Shown in pieces: positions 1 through 11,339 of a stretch of DNA of 64,000 nucleotides. The DNA comes from Schizochytrium sp. TIO01 (lineage: Eukaryota > Protista > Bigyra: Labyrinthulomycetes): positions 3,510,436-3,574,435 of the forward strand of contig SMSO01000031.1 of NCBI GenBank assembly GCA_004764695.1, read 5' to 3'. The notes under the pieces were generated by a model. It saw only the letters and a program-made list of their open reading frames with translations. It did not search any database and was not told where the DNA came from. Made by a program: the position numbers and the translations under genes. Each line of letters opens with the position of its first letter. Positions within the stretch are counted from its first letter, which is position 1.

Positions 1-1804
1 TGAATTAGGTGTCCGTGTTGAAGATGCCCCAGTGCTCGTCACTCTTCTGGGCGATGGTCGCCGACCGGGCTTTGTATTTCGTGACGAATTTGAGGATGTT
101 CTCCTTGTAGTGCACTTCACAATTAAGGAACATGTTTCTGAGGAAGAAGAAGTAGAGGCCATACTCGGAGAAAATGATATGGTTGCTGCTGCAGATGCAG
201 AAGCAGTTGCTACGGCTGACCGTGTTAGGGCTACTGAGGATGCTGAGCAAAGCACTGACCAGGATGGAAATGTTGGGGAGAATACCTACACAAGCCAGGG
301 CACAAACAACAGCCAGTATTTTTCAAATTTCAACTATAGCAACGGCGGCACGCCTACGAGTTCTTTGTATGGTCTTGAAAATGAGTTTGACACTGGAAGT
401 ATTGCTCCTGGCCTCCACCACCCATACTACAATGGCCGCCGTACCCATGAAGGTAGCACTGCTAATATGAATACTAGCTCGAGATCAATGCGGTCCTCAT
501 CTTTTACACGTAGTTCTGATGCCCCTCGAACACCACTAACGGAGAGCGACTTTGACGAATCGACACCCACTTCAATGCGAACAGCTCTCAAAAAGGCGGC
601 CCGAATGTCTTCTAGCCGACGCATGGCGATTCGTGTTGTAAAACACAGGACCTGGGTACCCTTCTTTGGTAAGGTTCAGACACTAGACTTTGCTGTCAAC
701 GCGCTACTAGTAGTTTCTGGATGCATCACAGTTACCGCCCTTACGATTGACATTGACGTCATCATTTATGATGATCCCCTGCCGTTCCGCATCATCAACA
801 CGTGCTGCACGCTCTTATTCTCCGCCGAAGTAGCGATCCGGATGCATGCTGCTCGCCCACGGCGCTTCTTTGAGTCTTCTTGGAATACATTCGAATTTTG
901 TGTTGTGGTTTCTTCCCTAGTGGGAACGCTCTCGCAAATTCTTCGACTGCGTCTCGGTGGTCACACGCATCTCTTTTTGTTTTTACGAAAGCTTCGTTTA
1001 CTGCGCTTACTGCGATCGGTTTCACAATTTCGCCTCCTTACAGAAATGATTGTGTACCTGCTTCCAGCTCTGTATGTATTTTCTCGAGTCATTTTCTTTT
1101 TTATGTACATCACCGCGATTGTAGCTATGGGATCGCTCAAGATGCAGCTTGAAAATGAGGCCGAATTCGGTGCTACAAATTTTATCACTTTTGCCAATTC
1201 TTTGCTTACACTCTTTCAGCTCTTAGTCGTAAATGACTGGAATATGACAATGAATGGGTATTATAAGGCAACTGGCAACGCTCTGGTATATGTCTTCTTC
1301 ATTCTCAATTATCTCTTTAGTGTTATCGTTGTCCTCAATGTCATCACATCGTTCGCACTGGAGGCCCTCGACAAGAGTATCTCGGAGTTTGCTCTTTTGC
1401 AGGATGCTAACCCGAGCAACCCCGATGAAACCTCCTTCATCAATGGTAGCGATAGTCAAGAGAAAATTATACGTGAGCAGGCACGTATAATGGAGCGGCG
1501 TCATAACTCACGTCGCGAGCGTGAGCTATTCAGTCGTTCGAAGGCAGGTTCTGGTCATGTTCATGAGGAACGTGAACTCAAGCGCACATTTAGTTACGTA
1601 GAAAGACTTCCAACTTTGCGTAAGGTGGGCCGAGTCATCCGAACCTCGCCTCGTGAATCGCACTTGGTTCGGCTTTTGCGCGAGGTCTTTGACAACGAGA
1701 TGGACGAGCCTTCGATGGCAGAGGTTAATCGAGAACTTCATCGCAACGGTTTGGCAAACCTACTTGCTCGCCCCAATCAATCATCCCAGTCCCAGGTCAC
1801 GTAA
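1..1804 (+). CDS. Two-pore channel (TPC) family cation channel, 3' portion; 5' end lies outside the window
   Basis: Frame is open back to position 2. Six-TM domain with S4 LFLRKLRLLRLLR, pore helix/filter FANSLLTLFQLLVVNDW (TPC domain II type VVNNW) and S6 VIVVLNVITSFALEA. EF-hand-like remnant FRDEFEDV at the N-end. Confidence 0.85.
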   Translation, partial: ELGVRVEDAPVLVTLLGDGRRPGFVFRDEFEDVLLVVHFTIKEHVSEEEEVEAILGENDMVAAADAEAVATADRVRATEDAEQSTDQDGNVGENTYTSQGTNNSQYFSNFNYSNGGTPTSSLYGLENEFDTGSIAPGLHHPYYNGRRTHEGSTANMNTSSRSMRSSSFTRSSDAPRTPLTESDFDESTPTSMRTALKKAARMSSSRRMAIRVVKHRTWVPFFGKVQTLDFAVNALLVVSGCITVTALTIDIDVIIYDDPLPFRIINTCCTLLFSAEVAIRMHAARPRRFFESSWNTFEFCVVVSSLVGTLSQILRLRLGGHTHLFLFLRKLRLLRLLRSVSQFRLLTEMIVYLLPALYVFSRVIFFFMYITAIVAMGSLKMQLENEAEFGATNFITFANSLLTLFQLLVVNDWNMTMNGYYKATGNALVYVFFILNYLFSVIVVLNVITSFALEALDKSISEFALLQDANPSNPDETSFINGSDSQEKIIREQARIMERRHNSRRERELFSRSKAGSGHVHEERELKRTFSYVERLPTLRKVGRVIRTSPRESHLVRLLREVFDNEMDEPSMAEVNRELHRNGLANLLARPNQSSQSQVT

Positions 1805-3265
1805 TTAAAACATAACCTTATTCGAGTTTTCCTAATACTTTGCAGTGGCTCTCGGTTTTCTTCTTTACGATTTGGAGAAGGAGACAGAGCACTTCGTGCA
1901 ATGCACTTAAGTACCAGGTACCCACTTACTAGTACACTGAAGAATAAAAGAGTCGTTCTTTTGACATGGCGTAGGACAGTGTTGTTTCTTCTCCCACAAG
2001 CATGGTGCTTGAAGTCTTTGTACAATTGAACAGTTTTTGCTGCCAAAGCATAGGAATTAGGACCTCTCAAATCGTTGCTCCTTGCTGCCCATCTTACCAA
2101 GGTGGCCTTGAATCAGCCAATCAATTGCTTCTGAGCACGACTTAAAATCACTCGGGTTGTAGCACCTCTGCAATACCTACATTCTGCCACCTAACCTTAT
2201 AACCTCAAAAGCTGTAAAACACAATTCTCAAGGAAAGCACACGCAGAAGCAAAAAAATACAACTAGCTAGCACCCGCATACGGCCCTGCTTCCGATTAAG
2301 TTTCCTCTCTCGAACATCCCTGAAGATCTACCAACCTGCCATCCAATCGCTTCCGTGCTTCGCCTACCTGGTACTATGTGTAATCCCCCTTACAGTTCGT
2401 TCAAGTCTTGACCATAATCGATGAACCTCAGTCTTGAATTTTGATGACGACAGCGAGATGCAGCTTGAACTTCTTCGTGCACCCTGTGGTCAAGCTTCAT
2501 GAACCCCAATCACTGGTCCAAGAGACCTAAAGACAGCACCATTTAACATCAATCGTTGTGCACTGCAATAGTCCCGAGGTGGTAGGTAGTAGTAGTAGAA
2601 GTCGTAGTACCTATCTAGGTACCTGTAGGCCTCTTCTGTGGCAGACAGACATCATTAGTTCTGACTCTGAAATCGCAATACAACTTTATTCTGAAGGCCA
2701 ACAATGTTTCTGGCCGGCCGGCTGTCTATCTGGCTTGCCCTAGGCCGAGGCGCCTTGCAAGAACGTGACCACCGCCAGCCCTCACCCCCCTTTCGATGGC
2801 ACAAACGCAGGTTTGGGTGGCTTGATGTAGTCCTACCCATGTAATATGTTTAGTATTTGATAAGTAAACTGAAGATGTAATGCGGATGATGTATGTGATA
2901 GCATTTGAGAACCAACCACAGAAGAAGAAGAACCGGTGCTGTCTTCGCAGTGGAAGCGCGATCTTTCCTTCGCTCCTCGATGCACTCACTCTGCTTTGGC
3001 CGCGGGCCGAGGCTCGTCTGAAAGCTGCGAGTTTTGTCCACGCTGGGTGTCGATAATTATGTCTGGTTTCCAATTGATGTCTTAGTTCCATCCATCGTCA
3101 TCGGAGCCATCGTCGTCACCGCTGTTATCACGTTGTAATAAGCCATTCCAAGAGCCTTCTTGAGGAAGTCCGCTGCGCTCAGGACTGCGAGCTCGCACCG
3201 ATTGTGGCCACGAGCGTACGCATTTGGGAGCCTCAGCTCATTTGCATTTGATCTGGTCGCGACGC

Positions 3266-3266
<1 letters not shown>

Positions 3267-3311
<45 letters not shown>
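3267..3311. repeat. (GCAA)n microsatellite
   Basis: About 11 perfect tandem GCAA units. Confidence 0.97.
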
Positions 3312-3624
3312 TCTGGGTATCGATGGCATGAAACACACGAGTTCTTGACGACGGATTGCTTAGGTTTCTGCAGTTTCGATGAGGTCAGTCAGTCAGTCGT
3401 CAGTCACCCATTCATTTCCTCTTTGTCTTCAATTGCACGGCAATCGAAGGTGTTATATGCCTTTAAGCGAACTTGCATTGAAGGAGACTCTGCAAAGCGA
3501 GTTATCCTCCCGCAAAACTTTCGATGTGCGCGAAGCTTTCTACTGAATGACTCATGTCCAAAATAATTCAAGAGGAAGCTTTGAAGAGGACATCTGATTC
3601 TTCCTATGAATAGGTGAATGAACC

Positions 3625-3660
3625 AATGAATGAATGAATGAATGAATGAATGAATGAATG
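3625..3660. repeat. (AATG)n microsatellite
   Basis: About 9 tandem AATG units. Confidence 0.95.
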
Positions 3661-4588
3661 TATATGCAATGAACAAGTAGTTTTCACCATCCCTCGTGGA
3701 GGTGATGTGGCGCGAGGCTGCTTTGAGCCGGAAGAAGTACGCTCTGTGGCGTGCGGGATCAAAGACGAGGACGTCTCCACGACACCAGCTTGCACAGATC
3801 TTTGGACACCTTTTTATTTGATTGCTTGTGGAGAAATACTTTTCATTACCAGGCTATTATTACTTTAAGCCGGAGCCTGAGTGTAATTTTATTAAATTAT
3901 AAACAATAACATTGGATTCTTGTCCTCCTTTTATGCACTTACAAATACATATACATCTATATCTATAGATAGATACCTGCCTAGACACTCCATTTCTTCT
4001 TACCCCTCTTTCTGCTCGTTTCTTTTCACTTTCTTCAAGTACTTTTTGCTTTCTTTCTTTTTAAGATTGCTGTCTTTCTATTTCTTCTGCGCTTCCAAGG
4101 ACTGTTCAAAGAAAGGGTGAAAGAACTTTTGAGAGGGAGAGAGAAAGAGAAGAGAATGAGAGGGGCAGGAGATGAGAGAGAAGATCAAGATACCACGATC
4201 TGGCAACCAAAACCATATTTGATCTCGGAGTGCACTCGGGGCCACTTTGTGGCGCTACTGCGTGATAGAACCTTCGCTGGTGGCCCGAGAATAACTGTAA
4301 TATCAGAAAGCTTGTGCTGAAGGTGCAACAGGGGGGACCTCAACCCGCAACTGAGCCGGCTCATCGGCTTACTTTCACTGTTGACTACTTGCGTTTGCTC
4401 GTTTTGAAGAGTAACTTCGGATAACCCGAGGAATCAGGAACCCGAAATTTGGAGAGAGAAGCAAAGTCTATTCCACAGCGATCGTTTAGATCTGTCTTCT
4501 GAAGCAGGAATTGTGTTTGAGATCGAGACTTGGCTGAAGTTAATCTCGTCCGATCTGCTTTAGCATAGTATAGATTGATCTAGGCAGG

Positions 4589-6244
4589 ATGACTACCACT
4601 ACGGGAGGTGGCATGAGCCGGGATGACATCACATCGATGAGCTTTGACTCACACCTTGACGAGATGGCTCAGCTTGAGCCTGAAATGCATCATCCAGACC
4701 GCCAGAGTTCTCGGAGCTCATCGGTGTTTAGCCTTGTCGCCACCATGGTCGGCGGAGGTGTCCTATCTCTGCCGTATGCCCTTCAACGCACCGGCGTTGC
4801 CCTGGGTTTGGTCTACCTCTTTGGAAGTGGCGTGATCAGTGCATTTTCAATCCGTTTACTCATATCTGCATCGAGACGAAGTGGTGCTCAATCCTATGAA
4901 GAGGTAGTGGAACGCAGCTTTGGTGTACCTGCCAAATATCTGACAATGCTTTTGCTCATCGCAATGACCTTCCTCGCAAGTGTTGCTTATCTTGTGCTTG
5001 GCCGCGACTTGGCAGTCCCGCTTGTGGAAGCTTACATTGCAGGTAATAGCGGCCTTTCCAAACAAGGTCACAACCTGGTTGCCATTTGCTGTCTGATTCC
5101 TGTGATCCCTCTCTGCTATGCAAAGTCTCTCCATTCCCTGCGCTTTACTAGCCTTAGCTGCCTCCTGGCTCTTTTTCTTCTCACAGGTGCTGTTATCTGG
5201 CGCTGTGTCGATCGTGCTGAGCATGTCCGGCCTATCGAAGCCGATGATATCAAGTGGGTTTCTACGGATATCGAATCCTCCCTTTACGCGATGCCTTTCT
5301 TTGAACTCTCCTTTATGTGCCACTTCAATGTTCTCCCAGTCCATTCCGGCCTGCGAAAGCCTACGCGTCACCGCCTTGACTGCGTTGTCTTCTCCACTAT
5401 CATGTCGGCTGTTTGCTTTTACACGATTGTCTCCATCGCCGGATATCTCTTCGCTTACGACCACAAGTGCGATGCGCAGTCTTCGTCTACTTGCGTGGAC
5501 AATGTGCCAGATAATATTCTTAACGCCTTCAATCGTGATGATGCTCTCATTAATGTCGGTCGCGCAGGATTTCTCTCTTCTCTCATGTTGAGTTACCCTT
5601 TGCTTGTACTCCCATGCCGTGATACAGCCATTCGTCTTGGTACTCTTCTGTTCGTTGGCGACAAGAAACGTCGTGCTGCGTCCGAAGCTGATGAGCGTCT
5701 GTTGAGCCGTGGCCACCATGATGATGAGATCAATGCCGATGGTGAAGCTGATGGAGCGTCTGGGGAGGCGGCCAACGCCAGAAGTTCTGCAGCTGTCCGA
5801 CCGGGATCGCTGGACTATCTTGAAACTCCATACAATGAAGAGGTGCTGGAGATTATCGATAGTTCTGATTCACCAGAATTCCGCACCCCGCAACTCGAAC
5901 GTACCCGTCGTCGTCTTGCACGTACAATCATGAAGCCTTTACAACTGTGGACCAAGGAAGGCCTCTTACATGTTTTGGTCACGTCTGTAATCCTCATTTT
6001 GTCAGTTTTTAGCATGGTGGCAGTGCCCGGTGTTGCTGTTGTGTGGAACCTAGCAGGCTCGTCGGTGTCAATGCTTCTGGGATTTATTCTCCCTGCAGCT
6101 AGTTATATTGCCCTTCGTAGCCCCGACGGTTTTTTCAAGCCAAGCTCGCACGATTTCCGTTTCTATGCTGCTTGGGCCCTCTTGATCTTTTCCATTATCA
6201 TGGGTATCGTGTGCACCTTTGAATCGATCAAACAAGTAATCTAG
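4589..6244 (+). CDS. Amino-acid transporter, SLC38/AVT (Aa_trans) family
   Basis: 551-aa ORF. Family motifs VFSLVATMVGGGVLSLPYA, SYEEVVERSFG and SFMCHFNVLPV; about 11 TM segments. Confidence 0.93.
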   Translation: MTTTTGGGMSRDDITSMSFDSHLDEMAQLEPEMHHPDRQSSRSSSVFSLVATMVGGGVLSLPYALQRTGVALGLVYLFGSGVISAFSIRLLISASRRSGAQSYEEVVERSFGVPAKYLTMLLLIAMTFLASVAYLVLGRDLAVPLVEAYIAGNSGLSKQGHNLVAICCLIPVIPLCYAKSLHSLRFTSLSCLLALFLLTGAVIWRCVDRAEHVRPIEADDIKWVSTDIESSLYAMPFFELSFMCHFNVLPVHSGLRKPTRHRLDCVVFSTIMSAVCFYTIVSIAGYLFAYDHKCDAQSSSTCVDNVPDNILNAFNRDDALINVGRAGFLSSLMLSYPLLVLPCRDTAIRLGTLLFVGDKKRRAASEADERLLSRGHHDDEINADGEADGASGEAANARSSAAVRPGSLDYLETPYNEEVLEIIDSSDSPEFRTPQLERTRRRLARTIMKPLQLWTKEGLLHVLVTSVILILSVFSMVAVPGVAVVWNLAGSSVSMLLGFILPAASYIALRSPDGFFKPSSHDFRFYAAWALLIFSIIMGIVCTFESIKQVI

Positions 6245-7137
6245 ACCTGCTGCTGTTTTGTCCAAAACTCCGTTAAAATATACAAAATTTAACTTTTTTA
6301 AGTTCATTGCAAAGTTCTTGTGTTATTCATTTACAACTGATCATCAACTTTCTAGTGCCTCCTTACTGTATTTTATTGTGTGATGTATTTGTTCAATTGA
6401 AAACGCCCTCTCAATCCTCAAGAATTAATCCCCATCATGCACCACCTGCCCCCTATCATCTATCGACATTTCATCTTTCACAGTAACATTTCATCTTCGC
6501 ATATAACTTGAACAATACCCACAAACTGATTCAACTATCTCCTCCTACATTGAATTTTTCAAACCCACGGTTTGATCTTTTTAGCTAACTCCTATTCTTT
6601 TCTCCGCAATTTACTATTCTCAACAACTGGTCAACAGAATGTCTTCATCATGGTCTCTTCCAGGATGTTCGAAGCCATTGCGCATTTGTTCCTGCAACGA
6701 CCCAGTACTAATTAGAAGGTAGCCATGCTTAGAAGCTCCTATGAGTTGTGCAGACCGCGGCGAGGGACCTCTCTATTTGCACTTACATTGCGAATGGAGG
6801 CCAAGAAAAGTAAAAAGATCACTCCATCACAGCTGGCGAACCTAAATCAACTCCTCCTGGCCGCAAGCTTGGTTGGGCCGGCGTATACACCTGAGGAGCC
6901 TAATCTTCATCTTCTCTTTCTGTTTACCTGCAGGTTTCTCGTCTCTCACAAAGGCGTGAGTCACGAGCTGATTGGGGATTGGCGCAGATTGCCTTAGTCT
7001 GCAAAATATTCGACTTCACCTATTAGCTACTAGAAAGGGCTATTTGACGGACGATTCTGTTGAGATCAAAGTCACTTCTCTATTGAACAAATTTGCGAGA
7101 TTCGTAGACTTGAGTTCATAAATTTAGCTTGATCAAG

Positions 7138-7938
7138 ATGGGCCTCGACACGACTGCTCTTGTGGCAGGCGGTATCGCCGGTTTTGCCGTAGATACCAGC
7201 CTCATGCCTCTGGATTCACTCAAGACGCGTCTCCAGTCCCCCATGGGTTTCCGTGCTGCTGGTGGATTCTCTAACCTCTTCGCTGGTGTTGGTGTGGCTG
7301 CTTTGGGTTCTGTGCCTGGTGCTTCGCTGTTTTTCTGTACCTACGAGACCACTAAGTCCACCCTCTCCGGCCACATGAGTGACACTAAGGCTCAGATGGC
7401 TGCTGCATCTCTCGGTGAAATGGCTGCTTGCCTCATCCGTGTGCCTGTTGAGAACATCAAACAGAAGCGCCAGGCGGGTCTCTACCCTGACAACGGCAGC
7501 GCTGTGCGTGGTATTGTTGGCAAGCAAGGTTACGCTGGTTTCTACACGGGTTACTGGACCACTGTCCTTCGTGAAATTCCCTTCTCCATGATTCAGTTCC
7601 CGCTCTGGGAGGCCATCAAGGTCGAGATTGGACGTCGTCGTGGAGATGGAACTGTCCACTCGTGGGAATCTGCGGCTGCCGGTTCGATGTCTGGAGCGTT
7701 CGCTGCTGCGCTCACCACCCCTCTCGACGTTGTTAAGACCCGCCTCATGCTTGGCCATGACCCCAAGGGAGTGCCTTACGATGGAGCCGTCTCTACATTG
7801 CAGAGAATTGTTCGCGATGAGGGCGCTGGCAAGCTCATGTCTGGTGTGGGACCCCGTGTGTTCTGGATTGGTATTGGTGGCTTTGTGTACTTTTTCGCAT
7901 ACCAAAAGACCCGCTATTTAATGGAAGGATCTAAGTAA
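7138..7938 (+). CDS. SLC25A26: Mitochondrial S-adenosylmethionine carrier (SLC25A26/Sam5-like)
   Basis: Three carrier repeats (PLDSLKTRLQ, PVENIKQKRQ, PLDVVKTRLM). SAM-carrier-typical GEMAACLIRVP and REIPFSMIQFPLWE. First ATG at 7138. Confidence 0.92.
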   Translation: MGLDTTALVAGGIAGFAVDTSLMPLDSLKTRLQSPMGFRAAGGFSNLFAGVGVAALGSVPGASLFFCTYETTKSTLSGHMSDTKAQMAAASLGEMAACLIRVPVENIKQKRQAGLYPDNGSAVRGIVGKQGYAGFYTGYWTTVLREIPFSMIQFPLWEAIKVEIGRRRGDGTVHSWESAAAGSMSGAFAAALTTPLDVVKTRLMLGHDPKGVPYDGAVSTLQRIVRDEGAGKLMSGVGPRVFWIGIGGFVYFFAYQKTRYLMEGSK

Positions 7939-9718
7939 TTTCGAGCCGTATGTGGCTCTCTCTTTTTTCTTCAACTAACTTTGTGCAAAAACTTGCGCCG
8001 CAAGGCACAACTTGAAGCTCACCACTATCGCAAGTCATCAAGCTGCTATTTCCTTGTTCTGTCACATTCCCACCTCGAACCTGGCCTTGTCTCTCGAGGA
8101 TACGGGAACCGTTTACTTGAGATTCTGTACGCTGAAAGCAGGGTTGGACATTGTCATCTAATTGCCTGTCCCACACAGTGATAGATTGGGTAGCGGAGGA
8201 AGCTCTGTGCCCCCCTTTGGACATATTGTAATAAGCACGTCCGCTATAGGTGCTCTCCAGGGCAATGTAGCCCGTACCTTTGCGACTTTCACGGGAGATA
8301 AATCGTGTCTCGTTCACATTTGCTGCAATCCAACCATCCCCATCTTTTTCCATCACCGCAAATTTGTATATTTGATGCTCGATAGCGTCCACAGTTTGCA
8401 ATGTAGTGTGCAAATGCCCATAAACTACATCATCTTCGACTAAATTTGACATTTCAATATGGACGTGGTCATCCCCATTGGACATGTCGTGTGATTGAGT
8501 TCGAGAGGTACTTCCAGATAGTGTTGTCATCTCAGTTGTAATATAAGGTGAGTTCCAACTCCGCGGCGGCCCAACATGCAAACCTAGACTTTTGTATGAG
8601 CCTGGAGGACGGTGATAAACGATAAGTACTGGGTCTACATACCACACCCCCTTTTCACTGTTCTTTAGAACTTCTATCTCCAAAGTATGGTCTTCTGATT
8701 TGCCCCGCACCCTTTCTAGGAGAAAGCTCACGTCAAGCTCATAGGGCGCTACGTCAAGCGCAAGAATACCTGTCAAAGGTCTCCACAGAAGAGGGTTGAT
8801 GCCTCCAGTGTACACCACTGGGAACGGAACGATGGCAGTGACTGGGCTCCCGTCAAAGTGGACAATAAACTCTCTAAAAGGAGAGCCGCCAGGAGCTTCG
8901 AGATAATAAAACTCCTCGGAGCCACCGTGCCCAGAAGCAAACAAGAGGATCTTCAGCTGGCAATCATTCTGTACACATGAGCGAAGGGCCTGGCTTGGAA
9001 ATTTCACTTGCAGGCGCTCAGTCCCAATCAACGTTCCCCCCTCCCAGGGTTTCGTAGGATCTTTAAAAGGGGCACGCAAAGCAATTGCCATAGGTAAAGG
9101 CTGTCTCCTTATGCCTCCGTGATAGATTAACGCTCTGACAGTTGCATTTATCACGCCTGTGTACGGACCTGTAACAACGTTCGGAATGTCAAGAATAGCC
9201 TGGAAAGGAGCTCGACGGCCCACGATGCTGCGTGCAAGCTCTGTGATATCCCGTTCCACAAACCACCTGATTTTCCCTGGGTTGAGTGGCTCGGGGGTAG
9301 ACAGGTGAAGGAGTTTGAGATTATCAATCCAGAAACCCCCAATCCGATCAAACTGGCGGCCTTTGACAGTAGCATTGAGTTCTAACACAACCATGCTCAC
9401 TGTATGCACATCGTGAGCACAGCCAGGTACTGAAACTTTCTGTACATGAGCTTTTCGTGATAGCCCAAAGTGAGCGTTAGTTACAAGATCCACGACGCAG
9501 GGTTCTACATTTTGAGGGCGTTGTAGAGGAACCTCAACAGCTATAGGGTCCGTCTTGTACGAATCATCATCTAGATTGGGTATATGCCCGAAATCAAGAT
9601 TAGATCTGTATCCACGACTTTCTGCCTCTACCCAACAGAAGCTAACAAACAGGTAAAGCTGGAGTGCTAGACAGCAAAAGAAGCAGTATCGAGGTCTCGG
9701 GACGGAGGCCATGACCAT
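7931..9718 (-). CDS. Secreted peptide:N-glycanase A (PNGase A family)
   Basis: Hydrophobic signal peptide. Motifs GRQFDRIG, STPEP, WFVERDITE, EEFYY, GSPFREF and FPVVYTGGINPLLWRP are typical of PNGase A/At. Confidence 0.88.
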   Translation of the reverse strand: MVMASVPRPRYCFFCCLALQLYLFVSFCWVEAESRGYRSNLDFGHIPNLDDDSYKTDPIAVEVPLQRPQNVEPCVVDLVTNAHFGLSRKAHVQKVSVPGCAHDVHTVSMVVLELNATVKGRQFDRIGGFWIDNLKLLHLSTPEPLNPGKIRWFVERDITELARSIVGRRAPFQAILDIPNVVTGPYTGVINATVRALIYHGGIRRQPLPMAIALRAPFKDPTKPWEGGTLIGTERLQVKFPSQALRSCVQNDCQLKILLFASGHGGSEEFYYLEAPGGSPFREFIVHFDGSPVTAIVPFPVVYTGGINPLLWRPLTGILALDVAPYELDVSFLLERVRGKSEDHTLEIEVLKNSEKGVWYVDPVLIVYHRPPGSYKSLGLHVGPPRSWNSPYITTEMTTLSGSTSRTQSHDMSNGDDHVHIEMSNLVEDDVVYGHLHTTLQTVDAIEHQIYKFAVMEKDGDGWIAANVNETRFISRESRKGTGYIALESTYSGRAYYNMSKGGHRASSATQSITVWDRQLDDNVQPCFQRTESQVNGSRILERQGQVRGGNVTEQGNSSLMTCDSGELQVVPCGASFCTKLVEEKRESHIRLEIT

Positions 9719-11339
9719 CCTACCACGGGGATGACCTTGATGAAAGCTGCAAAGAATGTTCTACAACGATGAGATCAGCTAAGACCCAAGCTCAAAGCAT
9801 GCGACAAGTAAAGCACTATTGCGTGTTTGATTGTGTCTGGCCTCAATTCGAAAATCAACGATTAACAAGTCTATCTATCTTCTCGGGATGGAGATCCTGG
9901 AGATGATTTTTCTTTCTTTCGCACTGTTCTTATTTGTTCCATTACAATGCGATTGAATAAAGAACAGCACGAACGAGTTTTTCGCTCACTCACTTCAACC
10001 ATGCTTTTGATTAAAGACTAGGATTGAGTTTGTTTCATTTTGGTCTTGTCTTTATCGACTTGCACTACAAACCAGACCTCTGAAAATAACATACAGGAAA
10101 CTCGTAGCTCTGGTTGTGTCGAAGCTTGTTTTGAAGAGGCCACACAATCGCTTTTTATGCTGCTACTGCTACTACTGTCTTACTTGCCGCTTGTATATCT
10201 GCGCGTTGCTTGCACGATGAAATCGATGTTTAAGGGAGAGAAAGCGCATACAAACGAAGATGGTTGTTCACTCAGTGTCCTGGCTTTCACAACAGCGCCT
10301 GTGCCGAAGGACATGAAGACTTCAAGCCTATTATATGTATGCCATCCAAGAGCATTTGTATCAAGTAGAACAAGAGCAAGCTGCTCTGCCAAGTAAAGAA
10401 GTTTCATCGCGTTCTAGACCCTTTGAGGCCTCCCCAGGCAATCGATACAGCATCTTGAATAGTCCTTAATCACTGAGCTGCCGCCATTATTTATGGACAC
10501 CCGCAGTCCTGGTGAAGAGGAAAACACAACGCATCTGCTTCTTCAAGTACTGCGAAAACTTCTGTTCGCTCTCTCACAATAAAACAGCAAAAGGTACCTC
10601 CTCGCTGATGTCTTTATAAGCCCCAACTCGGAAGCAGGTTCCACTGACCTGCAATACAACAATAGAGAAACGTAACGAGTAAAGTGAAAGCAAACCTCAC
10701 GCGTGTTCAATCTCTCTAAACGCAAGCATAGCAAGTTGACCTCGCGGTTTTTGCTGATGTTTTCCATTGGCCGGTTTTATTTTATTCTTTCTTTATAATA
10801 GAGGTGGTTTTTCTAATCGAGAGTAGGTAGGAACCTGCTACCTACGTATGTGCGTACCTTGCTGACTCCAAGAGAACAAAAGTAACTTCTTTCGTTTCCT
10901 AATCGAAGATGACCCTAACAATTTCCTCAGACCCTTTGTCACATTTCCTAATGCCCAGCCTATCCTTATTTCATTTTCGCTGTCTTCAAGTTCCATATTA
11001 GTTGCCATAACTTTTTCACTATTTTCTTGTTTTTCACTTTTCTCTTTTTATTCCTTTGTTATCCGTATTAGGGCCCTCACTTGTGAAAACATCTTTTCCG
11101 AAAAGAAGTGGGAACGAGACCAAAACCAAATCAAGCTTCACTTCACAGGCACTCACGCTCGAGTTCGTGCAGCCTGCTAAAGGCAGATCTGGATGGCTGA
11201 AGGCTCAAGCCGGGCCTCTGAAGCTTGACAAGGAGCCACACTTGCTCATCTCGTGAGATATACCGACTGCAAGCAGAGATCGAAGTCAAGAAGCTTTTGG
11301 AGAGTGGCCGCATCTGACTGACTAAACAAGTCCACACGA

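Noticed and set aside
2550-4330. Numerous 60-120-aa ORFs, also at 10040-10770, 15800-17560 and 60500-62850
   Set aside because: Often non-ATG or microsatellite-derived (LACL, SFIH, QSIN) with no coding signal; probably UTR, intron or promoter DNA.
7216-7905. 229-aa antisense ORF, plus similar shadow ORFs at 4856-5719, 34088-34675, 36102-36749 and 38201-38836
   Set aside because: They lie opposite well-supported genes, are explained by codon bias and show no recognisable motifs.
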